From Gemmatimonadales bacterium (GTDB taxonomy: Bacteria; Gemmatimonadota; Gemmatimonadetes; Gemmatimonadales; GWC2-71-9), in NCBI GenBank assembly GCA_045403135.1, contig JAXIPC010000004.1:1-60175 (forward strand): DNA of 60,175 bases, given 5' to 3'. This document shows positions 9,289 to 17,023 of the stretch, piece after piece. Made by a program: the position numbers and the translations under genes. The notes beneath the pieces are model-generated. The model had not been told where the DNA came from. It ran no database searches and saw only the letters and a program-made list of their open reading frames with translations. Within the stretch, counting starts at the first letter, position 1. Every line of letters begins with the position of its first letter.

Positions 9289-9345
9289 GAGGTCGAAAGG
9301 CTGCGTTGACCGAAGCAGCCCAACTCCGGTAGATTGAATGGCTTG

Positions 9346-9419
<74 letters not shown>

Positions 9420-9452
9420 CTCGATCCCCGAACCCCGAAACTCAGGACCCAG

Positions 9453-10139
9453 ATGGCTTCGACCGTGCAGTCGTCCGTACCCGCCTCCAGAGCAGCGGCG
9501 CAGCCCAGCGCCGACGAGAAGCCTTCTCTGGCGGCGTGGTATGGCCGGAACAGGAAGCTCGTCACCTACGGTGCCTCGGCCATAGCGGTCCTGGCCGTCG
9601 CGGGATGGCTCTATCTCGAAACGGGCCGGCGGAGAGAGCTGGCCGGCGTCGACGCGCTGGACCGCGCCCGGGCCTCATTTGAGTCCGGCAACTTGCCGGT
9701 GGCCTCGACCGAGTTCCAGCGGGTGGCCCAGTCCTTCCGGGGCACCGACGCGGGATTCGCCGCCGAGCTCGCGCTCAACGAAGTGCGCCTCGCCTCGGGT
9801 CAGACCCAGATCGCCGCCGACGAGCTCAAGAAGTTCGCCGAGACCAATCCGCCGGCCTTTTTCGCCTCGGGGGCCTGGATCCTTCGGGGCGGGGCCCTGG
9901 AGAACCTCAAGAAGTACGATGAGGCAGCCGAGTCCTATGCCAGGGCGGCCGCCGTCGCGACCGAGGACTACCGAAAGGTGGAGGCGTTCCTTGGCCAAGC
10001 CAGGTCAGCCCGGCTGGCGGGCAAGGCGCCGCAGGCCATCGAGGTGTACCGACAGGTCATCAAGACCCATGGACGGAACGTTCCGGGCGTGGCAGAGGCC
10101 GAAGTCCGCCTGGCGGAGCTGACCAAGGGTACGATGTAA
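9453..10139 (+). CDS. membrane-anchored TPR-like protein (YfgM-like architecture)
   Basis: One N-terminal TM (VTYGASAIAVLAVAGWLYL) followed by helical-repeat, Ala-rich sequence. Architecture only, no motif proof. Confidence 0.45.
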   Translation: MASTVQSSVPASRAAAQPSADEKPSLAAWYGRNRKLVTYGASAIAVLAVAGWLYLETGRRRELAGVDALDRARASFESGNLPVASTEFQRVAQSFRGTDAGFAAELALNEVRLASGQTQIAADELKKFAETNPPAFFASGAWILRGGALENLKKYDEAAESYARAAAVATEDYRKVEAFLGQARSARLAGKAPQAIEVYRQVIKTHGRNVPGVAEAEVRLAELTKGTM

Positions 10140-10207
10140 GGCGATCCGGGACGGCCTGGGGATCCGGAGCTGGGCTCGGGTCCCCGTTCTTGTGCCCACG
10201 TTCTACT

Positions 10208-10235
10208 AGTACGTATAAGATGTATTATGTTAAAT
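10208..10235. other. dif: dif-like XerC/XerD chromosome dimer resolution site
   Basis: AGTACGTATAA GATGTA TTATGTTAAAT versus E. coli dif GGTGCGCATAA TGTATA TTATGTTAAAT: right arm 11/11, left arm 8/11, 6-bp spacer. AT-rich convergent intergenic region. Confidence 0.75.
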
Positions 10236-10240
10236 CGACG

Positions 10241-10259
10241 AGTGGATAACTGTGGATAT
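10241..10259 (-). promoter_or_regulatory. two tandem DnaA-box-like 9-mers (ATATCCACA g TTATCCACT on - strand)
   Basis: Each is 8/9 to TTATCCACA, head-to-tail, 10 bp centre to centre, 6 nt from the dif-like site. Confidence 0.25.
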
Positions 10260-10309
10260 GTCCGGCACTCTCCCGATTCCTATGCCCCAACCTATGATCT
10301 GGGAATGAC

Positions 10310-11128
10310 TTAGAGATCCTGTAGTTTTCCCTCAAACACCAGCCTGCCCTCACCGCACAGCCAGGGCTCCCGGGCCCAACCCTCCTCCACCTTGCCGGCT
10401 ACCGAGAAGACGTTGCCGCCCCAGGACCGGATCCTGAGCGGAAGCTGGTCCAGACCGGCCTGGGCCAGCACAAAGGCCGCTCCGACCGTTCCGGTGCCAC
10501 ACGCCAGGGTCTCGTCCTCCACCCCTCGCTCGTAGGTGCGGAGCTGCCAGCCGGCCTCCCGGTCGGCCGGCAGACGGCCCACGAAATTGACATTGGTCCC
10601 GGCCGGGGCGAACGCAGGGTCGAACCGGAGCGCCTTCCCTCTCCCCTGGACGTCCACCCGTCCGATCTCATCGACCACCACGACCACATGCGGTACCCCC
10701 ACGTTGCCGAAGACCATCGAACGCTCTCCGGCCTCGAGCCTCAGCCCGGTGCCCTCCGGCAGCCTGAAATCGGGCAGCCGGAGCTCGGCGGACCATCCCG
10801 GGCCCACGCAGCGGGTTTGAAGCACACCGCTATCGGTGAGGAGCTCCATCCCGGTCTCGGCGGCCATGCCGAGCCGGGCGGCGAGTCGGGTAGTACAGAG
10901 CGCGGCGTTGCCGCACATCTCGGCCCGGGAACCGTCCGCATTGAAATAGACCATCCGGACGCTCTCCGGCCCTTCCGGAGTGGCGATGACGAGGCCGTCG
11001 CCACCGACACCGGTGCGGCGGTCGCAGAGCGACCGGATCGCCTGCGCCGTCCACTGCTCGGTGGGAGCCTCCCGACCATCCACGAAGACGAAGTCGTTCC
11101 CCGAGCCGGTCATCTTGAAGAAGCGCAC
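10310..11128 (-). CDS. dapF: diaminopimelate epimerase
   Basis: ..FFKMTGSGNDFVFVDG.., ..MCGNAALC.., ..LACGTGTVGA... GTG 11128 chosen (alternative ATG 11113). The rest of ORF 10310-11626 is a spurious extension. Confidence 0.85.
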   Translation of the reverse strand: MRFFKMTGSGNDFVFVDGREAPTEQWTAQAIRSLCDRRTGVGGDGLVIATPEGPESVRMVYFNADGSRAEMCGNAALCTTRLAARLGMAAETGMELLTDSGVLQTRCVGPGWSAELRLPDFRLPEGTGLRLEAGERSMVFGNVGVPHVVVVVDEIGRVDVQGRGKALRFDPAFAPAGTNVNFVGRLPADREAGWQLRTYERGVEDETLACGTGTVGAAFVLAQAGLDQLPLRIRSWGGNVFSVAGKVEEGWAREPWLCGEGRLVFEGKLQDL

Positions 11129-11320
11129 CCGAATTCGCTGCCTCAGATTGAGTGTACCGGTAGAGTCGCTAGGCGTGAAGATGCTCAAGCGGTGGACGCG
11201 AAGGAACCCCTTCGGCGCACAATCGAGCCGCTTCGCTTCAAAACGGTTGCCGGGTTCTGGGCTTGCTCGAACAGACTGAGGGATGCCGAGTTGCGTCCCC
11301 TTTCGCCGAGCCCCTACCTT

Positions 11321-11878
11321 ATGACCATGCCTGCGTCCGTCATCGTGCCGACCTACACCATCGAGGATCTGGACCACTTCCCCGACGACGGGAACCGTTA
11401 CGAGCTGCTGGACGGTGTCCTGCTCGTGACCCCGGCGCCGCTGCCACCGCACCAAGTCGTTATCGGCCGGCTCCTCGGCGCGATTGCCAATTACATCCAG
11501 TCGACCGGGCGCGCGCACGTGGTATCCCCCGGCGCCGTGGAGATTGCGCCCAAGACCCACCTCGAGCCCGACATTCTGGTTTTTCCTGCAGATCAACCGC
11601 TGGACCGCAAGTGGGCCGCCATTCACGACTGGTGGCTCGCGGTCGAGGTCTTCAGCGAATCATCGCGGATTTACGACCGGGAGTTCAAGCGCAACGCGTA
11701 CCTGGCCATGGGTGTAGCAGAGGTATGGCTGGTGGATTGGTGGGACGAAGCCATCTACATCTCGCGGCCCGGCGAGCCGCCTGACCTGCGGTTCACCAAG
11801 CAGCTCAGCTGGCACCCGGTCGCGATGGAACGACCGTTGGAGATCGATCTCAGCGGAATCTTCCGCGGCCTGTCCTAG
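11321..11878 (+). CDS. Uma2-family (DUF820) putative endonuclease
   Basis: ..RYELLDGVLLVTPAP..PDILVF..WLAVEVFSESSRIYDREFKRNAYLAMGVAEVWLVD.. is the typical Uma2 pattern. Only opposite-strand gene in the 50-kb - block. Confidence 0.7.
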   Translation: MTMPASVIVPTYTIEDLDHFPDDGNRYELLDGVLLVTPAPLPPHQVVIGRLLGAIANYIQSTGRAHVVSPGAVEIAPKTHLEPDILVFPADQPLDRKWAAIHDWWLAVEVFSESSRIYDREFKRNAYLAMGVAEVWLVDWWDEAIYISRPGEPPDLRFTKQLSWHPVAMERPLEIDLSGIFRGLS

Positions 11879-11900
11879 TTCAGCGGCAGCACGCGCACCG

Positions 11901-12620
11901 TCAGAGCCGCCTGAATAAGCTGGCAAATCGCAGCCACCAGACCACCCAGACACCCTCGCGGACGATGGCCTTGCTCATCTTGCTGTTGCCCTCGACCCGG
12001 TCGGTGAAGACGATCGACACCTCGGTCAGCCGGAACTTCTTCTTCCACGCCCGGTAACTCATCTCGATCTGGAAGGCATAACCGTTGGAACGAACCTTTT
12101 CCAACGGAATCGCGGCCAGCACCTCCTTCCGGAAGCACTTGAAGCCGCCCGTCGCATCCGTCAGAGGCAGCCCGGTGATCCACCGGGCGTACAGGTTGGC
12201 TCCGTAGGAGAGCAGCAGACGCGACATGGGCCAGTTAATGACATTGACGCCGGTCTTATAGCGCGAGCCCACGACCAGGTCGGCATTCCGGGCCGCCGCG
12301 ATCATGTCTACCAGAAACTTGGGGTCATGGGAAAAGTCGGCGTCCATTTCGAACATCAGGTCGAAATCCCGCGCCAATGCCCAGCCAAAACCGGCCAGAT
12401 ACGCCCGGCCCAGTCCTTCCTTCTGGGTCCGGTGCAGCACATGAACCCGTGGGTTCACCCCCGCCAGGTCGTTGGCCAACCGACCGGTTCCGTCGGGCGA
12501 CCCGTCGTCCACCACGAGGATCTCGAGCCGGGGATCCTGGGCCAGAATCGGGGGAACAATTCGGGGAAGGTTCTGGCTCTCGTTGTAGGTGGGGAGGATG
12601 ACGAGGAACCGCTCAGCCAT
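11901..12620 (-). CDS. GT2 polyprenol-phosphate mannose/glycose synthase (Dpm1/Ppm1-like, soluble)
   Basis: ..LVILPTYNESQNL..ILVVDDGSPDGT..EMDADFSHDP..GSRY... ATG 12620. Confidence 0.8.
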   Translation of the reverse strand: MAERFLVILPTYNESQNLPRIVPPILAQDPRLEILVVDDGSPDGTGRLANDLAGVNPRVHVLHRTQKEGLGRAYLAGFGWALARDFDLMFEMDADFSHDPKFLVDMIAAARNADLVVGSRYKTGVNVINWPMSRLLLSYGANLYARWITGLPLTDATGGFKCFRKEVLAAIPLEKVRSNGYAFQIEMSYRAWKKKFRLTEVSIVFTDRVEGNSKMSKAIVREGVWVVWWLRFASLFRRL

Positions 12621-14952
12621 TGTCGCCGCCCCGCCTCCGGAGCCGTGGCACGAGGAAGACACCGGCGACGATCGCCAGAGAAAGCAGCGTGATCAGCCGA
12701 CCCCGGACGTACTCGGCGGACCGGAACTCGAAGGCCACCAGTTTCGCGCCCGGCGGGACGACAACCGAGAGGAGCGTGTGCTGCGCCCGAAGCGCCGGAA
12801 CCGGTGAGCCGTCTACTGTGGCGCGCCAGTCCTTGTACCAGTTCTCCGCGACCACCAGGTAAAGCGGCCGCTCGTCGCGCCCGTCGATAGCTATGCCGAT
12901 CTTCCCCGGCTGCCACGAAGCCACCCGCACCGTTGCGGTGGCGGGCGGAGGGAGCGAGCTGCCCACTGCCGTTGGGGTGACCCGTTCCGAATCTGCATAG
13001 ATCGCCACCGCGAGCACCGGAAATCTCAGATTGGTCACGACCTCGGCCACCTGGGCGTCGGGCGCCTTGACCGCGGCGGCCATCAGTCGGGCGTACGGCG
13101 GCGCGGAGTCGGCCTCGAAGAGGTACCCCGGTCCGCCCGGCGTGGTACGCACCGGCCCCAGGACACGGTGAAAACCGGGAATGTGAACGGTGTCATTCAC
13201 CACCGCATACCGGACCGCGAAGAGCTGAAGCAGGCCCAGGTTCACCTGCTGCTTCCAGAGATTCTTTCCGCCCAGTGTTTCGTCGAAGTAGTTGAGTTCG
13301 TTCCCGTGGTATCCGAGCAGCTGAGGAATACCCCGACCCATGAGCCAGGAGCCGCGATAGACTTCCAAGGCGATGTATTCCGCCTTCGGCTCCCATACCC
13401 GATACGGCAGCGGCGTTTTTCGCAGCGCGGTGGTGATTTCGTCGTCTCCGAAGCGGCTCTGGGCGGTTCCATAGAAATCGAAGAAACGCCGGTCCACGCT
13501 CCACAGGTCGGCGAGGACCACAACCAGAAGCGCGGCAGAGGCAGCCGCTCCCGCGAGCCGCCTTGCTCTGATGGCCAGCAGGACGCCTCCGCCTGCCGCC
13601 GCAAAGAGGAAGAGACGGAGCGCGCCGGCGTGCACCTCGGACAGACGCGGCAGCCCCCGTTCCGGAGGCTGCGGAGCCGCGATGGCCTCAGCAAGGCCGT
13701 CCAGTCCTCCAACCGCTCCCAGCAGTCCCAGCAGCGCGAACACCCCTGCCCCGATCGCAATCCGGCGAAGCGACACCTCTCCCCGCCGGATCCGGTCAAC
13801 CCCGAATCCTGCAAAAACACAGACCGGCAGCGCCACCAGGAAAAACGCCATGCCGGGCGCGCGGACCTTCTGCATCATCGGGACAAATTCGAACCACAAC
13901 CGGTAAAAGGGCGTGTGCGGCCCGAGGGCAACCAGGAGAAACAGGATCGCCACCGCCCCCAGCGCCATGCGCTCGCGCCGGCCACGCTGGCCGCCCAGGC
14001 CGCAGATGGCCAGCAGGATCACCACCACTCCCAGGTATTCGCTGTGATCCTTGAAGACGTTGGTGCCGGCGTACGCGTCCCGGATGCCGTTGAGTTGGGG
14101 GAGGAAGGTGGTAAAGAGCTCGGTCGGCGGGAGGGCGAAGCCGGTCATGTATTCCCAGCCGGTGCTCGGCCCGGCATCGGCCCGGGGTGAATACGGGACA
14201 TACGCCAGCGCCGGCAGCAGCTGAATCGCGTAGATCCCGATGCCCACCACGACCGCGCCGCCGGCCCAGCCGAGCGCCCGCCACCGCTCCGCTCCCCGCG
14301 GCCCGCCGGGATGGCCGAACACGAGGAACGCGGTCCAGACCGCCGCCGCCACGAGGAGATAGGAGCTGGACTGGGGATGGCCGTGAAAGGCCAAGCCGGT
14401 GGCCAGCGCCGCGGCGGCGTAGCCGGACTTCTTGCCGTCACGGATGCCCTTGAGGAGCCCCAGCAGGACGAACGGCGCCAGCGCCGATACGAACAGCTTG
14501 CCGTCGTGCCCCGGGCTCGCCATCGAGGACACGATCCCCGTGAGCTCATAGGCCAGCCCGCCCGCGACGGCAGCCGTCCACGACAGCCCCAGCCGCCGGA
14601 GCAGCGCGTACATCGAAACCCCGGCGAGCACGATGTGGCCGGCGAACGTCAGATTCGTCGCGAGATCCAGGGGTAGGAAGTACCGGAGCCAGGCGGTCGG
14701 ATAGAAAATGTCGCCGTGCATTCCGGCCACGTAGGGCAATCCACCGAAGATGAACGGATTCCAGAGAGGAATGGCATGGTGCTCCCGCCAATACTCCGCA
14801 CCGAAGCCCCGAAAGGCCCACCCGGCCAGGTAATAGTCGGAGCCCGCCAGCACCTGCCCGCTCAGCATGGGCCAGCAGAGCGTGAGGACGGCCGCCACAA
14901 AGACCAGACTGGCTATTAGCAGCCCGCGGCGCGGCTCGAGCTCGTCCGTCAC
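12613..14952 (-). CDS. YfhO-type polytopic membrane protein (putative GT-C glycosyltransferase)
   Basis: More than 10 TM N-terminal half with ..GSDYYLAGWAFRGFGAEYWREHHAIPLWNPFIFGGLPYVA.., a large extracytoplasmic domain and a final C-terminal TM. GTG 14952 overlaps the GT4 stop (GTGA). Confidence 0.6.
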   Translation of the reverse strand: MTDELEPRRGLLIASLVFVAAVLTLCWPMLSGQVLAGSDYYLAGWAFRGFGAEYWREHHAIPLWNPFIFGGLPYVAGMHGDIFYPTAWLRYFLPLDLATNLTFAGHIVLAGVSMYALLRRLGLSWTAAVAGGLAYELTGIVSSMASPGHDGKLFVSALAPFVLLGLLKGIRDGKKSGYAAAALATGLAFHGHPQSSSYLLVAAAVWTAFLVFGHPGGPRGAERWRALGWAGGAVVVGIGIYAIQLLPALAYVPYSPRADAGPSTGWEYMTGFALPPTELFTTFLPQLNGIRDAYAGTNVFKDHSEYLGVVVILLAICGLGGQRGRRERMALGAVAILFLLVALGPHTPFYRLWFEFVPMMQKVRAPGMAFFLVALPVCVFAGFGVDRIRRGEVSLRRIAIGAGVFALLGLLGAVGGLDGLAEAIAAPQPPERGLPRLSEVHAGALRLFLFAAAGGGVLLAIRARRLAGAAASAALLVVVLADLWSVDRRFFDFYGTAQSRFGDDEITTALRKTPLPYRVWEPKAEYIALEVYRGSWLMGRGIPQLLGYHGNELNYFDETLGGKNLWKQQVNLGLLQLFAVRYAVVNDTVHIPGFHRVLGPVRTTPGGPGYLFEADSAPPYARLMAAAVKAPDAQVAEVVTNLRFPVLAVAIYADSERVTPTAVGSSLPPPATATVRVASWQPGKIGIAIDGRDERPLYLVVAENWYKDWRATVDGSPVPALRAQHTLLSVVVPPGAKLVAFEFRSAEYVRGRLITLLSLAIVAGVFLVPRLRRRGGDNG

Positions 14953-16100
14953 TGCTTTCCTCCGTTCGTCATGCTCAGGGCCTCGCGATACCATGCTTCG
15001 AATGTTGCGGCCACCCGCGGTGGCGCCAGCTCGGTACGCCACCGCTCACCGGCCCCCCGGGCCGCCGCGCGGATGGCCGGGGTCATCGCATCCCGGACAC
15101 CGGCCGCCAGCGCCTGCGGGGTCGGAGCGGTGACGATGCCGCCGCCGTGCGCCAGCACGGCCTCTACCACGCCACCCCCGTCGCTGGCGACCACGACCGG
15201 CACCCCGGCCATGAGGGCCTCCACGGCCGAAAGGCCCAACCCTTCTCCCATCGCGGGAAACACCATGACGTCGGCGCGCCCCAGCCGCGCCGCGACGTCA
15301 GCGGGCGGAAGTTGCCCGGTGAAGGAAATCCTGGCTGCCGGATGGGCGGCCGCGAGATCCTCGAGGTCGGCTCGCTCGGGCCCGTCCCCGATCACCGTAA
15401 GAGGGATCGGCTTGGGCATCTCCGCCACCGCGCGGAGTGCCAGGTCGACCCGCTTCTGCGCCGTGAGACGACAGACCACCACCGCCCCTGCCCCACCGGT
15501 GCTCCAGGGGCGTTTGCCGGACTCGATCGGCATCGGCTGGACGTGCCCGGTCACGTCCTCTCTCCCGGTAGTCTCCTCGACAATGCCGGCGAGGTGCTTC
15601 GACACGGCGGTCACGATGTCCGCCCGCCGCAGCACCGCCCGGGCCATCCATCGTGCGGCCATGCTCTTTCTGAGCAAGCGGCCATCGGTGCCGTGGAGGG
15701 TCAGAACCAGCGGGAATCCGCTCGGGGCGGCAAGTCCGGCTGGGATCCACCACTGGGCATGGATGACCGCGTCACCTTCCGCTCCTGCCGCTTCCGCTAC
15801 CGCGCCCTCGCGCATGCCCTTGATCAAGCCGCGCAGCGCCATGAGGCCGCTGGCGGAGCGGACCTCGTCCTGCATCCTCCCAGTGTACGCCAGGATTTCG
15901 CGCTCGGGCACCGCGTAGCGCACCCGGCGTACCGGCACGCCATCGAGCGCATCACGGCCGCCGTGGCCGCGGTCCGAGGGAGCCACGACCCGTACGTCGT
16001 GGCCCAGATTGCAGAGGGCCACCGCCAGCGGGTGCAGGAACGACCCCGGCAGGTCGCCCGCGTGGCGGGGATAGTTATGGGTCAGGAGAATGACCCGCAC
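14949..16100 (-). CDS. GT4 glycosyltransferase
   Basis: VRVILLTHNYP.., C-terminal ..FPAMGEGLGLSAVEALMAGVPVV... GTG 16100 lies 2 nt after the upstream stop. Confidence 0.8.
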   Translation of the reverse strand: MRVILLTHNYPRHAGDLPGSFLHPLAVALCNLGHDVRVVAPSDRGHGGRDALDGVPVRRVRYAVPEREILAYTGRMQDEVRSASGLMALRGLIKGMREGAVAEAAGAEGDAVIHAQWWIPAGLAAPSGFPLVLTLHGTDGRLLRKSMAARWMARAVLRRADIVTAVSKHLAGIVEETTGREDVTGHVQPMPIESGKRPWSTGGAGAVVVCRLTAQKRVDLALRAVAEMPKPIPLTVIGDGPERADLEDLAAAHPAARISFTGQLPPADVAARLGRADVMVFPAMGEGLGLSAVEALMAGVPVVVASDGGGVVEAVLAHGGGIVTAPTPQALAAGVRDAMTPAIRAAARGAGERWRTELAPPRVAATFEAWYREALSMTNGGKQ

Positions 16101-16102
16101 CC

Positions 16103-17023
16103 TCAGTCGTCGGCCTTTCGCACCAGCTCGCGCATCTCTTCGCGGAACCCCGCGATCATCTCGGCGACAAAACCGAAGCCGAACAGCACGATGCCGCTGA
16201 TCACCATCGTCTCCACCAGGTTCAGCAGCGGCCGGAACCCGATCCCGTAGCCGAACCGGAGTACCAGCGCCACGATACCCGCGATCAGCCCCACGCTGAA
16301 CAGCACCGCGCCCAGGATCCCGAAAAACATCATCGGCTTGCGGCCGAATCGAAGCTGGAACCAGACCGAAAGCAGATCGAGCGCGCCGATGGGAATGCGC
16401 CGCCAGTTGAACTTGGACACGCCGGCCCGGCGCGGATAGAGCGGCACCGGCCGGGAAGTCAGCCGCCAGCCGTCCGCCGCCGCAATCACCACCATGTAGC
16501 GATGCCAGTCCGGCCGGAGTGGAACGCTCCGCATGATCTCGCGGCGCCAGGCCTTGACCGAGTTCAGGTCCTGGACCTGGATCCCGAAGAGCCTTCGGCA
16601 GAGCCCGTTGTAGATCCCGCTCACGAACGCCTTCTCGTACTTGCCATGCTTGGTGCCGGTTACGATATCCGCCTGCCCCGCCAGAATCGGATGGACCAGG
16701 GTCGGAATGTCGGCGGGCAGATACTGGAGGTCGGCGGGGTAGAAGACCAGGATCTCCCCGGCGGCGGCTTCTCCCGCGCTCCGCAGAGCGTCGGCGATTC
16801 CCCGCTGGCGCCGGTGCGTCACCACCCGAAGGAATCGATGCTCGGCGGCGAGCCGCTCCAGCACCTCGGCGGTCCCGTCGCGGGATCCGTCGTCCACCAC
16901 CACCACCTCGAAGGAGAATCCGGCGGGACCCAGGGCTTCGGCGCAGAGGCTCAGGAATTCCGGGAGGTTCTCGGCCTCGTCCTTGGCGGGAACGAGGACA
17001 CTTACGTCCACCCTCCGGCTCAT
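16103..17023 (-). CDS. GT2 glycosyltransferase with two C-terminal TM helices (GtrB/ArnC/CsbB-like polyprenyl-phosphate sugar synthase)
   Basis: ..VSVLVPAKDEAENL..VVVVDDGSRDGT.. plus C-terminal helices (MMFFGILGAVLFSVGLIAGIVAL; VISGIVLFGFGFVAEMIAG). ATG 17023 overlaps the rpoN stop (ATGA). Confidence 0.75.
   Translation of the reverse strand: MSRRVDVSVLVPAKDEAENLPEFLSLCAEALGPAGFSFEVVVVDDGSRDGTAEVLERLAAEHRFLRVVTHRRQRGIADALRSAGEAAAGEILVFYPADLQYLPADIPTLVHPILAGQADIVTGTKHGKYEKAFVSGIYNGLCRRLFGIQVQDLNSVKAWRREIMRSVPLRPDWHRYMVVIAAADGWRLTSRPVPLYPRRAGVSKFNWRRIPIGALDLLSVWFQLRFGRKPMMFFGILGAVLFSVGLIAGIVALVLRFGYGIGFRPLLNLVETMVISGIVLFGFGFVAEMIAGFREEMRELVRKADD

Noticed and set aside
10140-10200. Possible intrinsic terminator after the YfgM-like gene
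   Set aside because: Only short, imperfect stems (GAGC-TGG-GCTC; CGGGAC...GTCCCCG with bulges) could be drawn. This is not convincing enough to annotate.
10195-10310. AT-rich patch with DnaA-box-like motifs considered as a replication origin (oriC)
   Set aside because: Only two boxes are present, with no dnaA/dnaN nearby and no repeated AT-rich 13-mers. Genes converge on this spacer rather than diverge from it, and it contains a near-perfect dif site. This is terminus geometry, not an origin.
10688-11320. Long N-terminal extension of the Uma2 ORF (396 aa)
   Set aside because: The extension is antisense to dapF and low-complexity. The conserved Uma2 sequence begins at ATG 11321.
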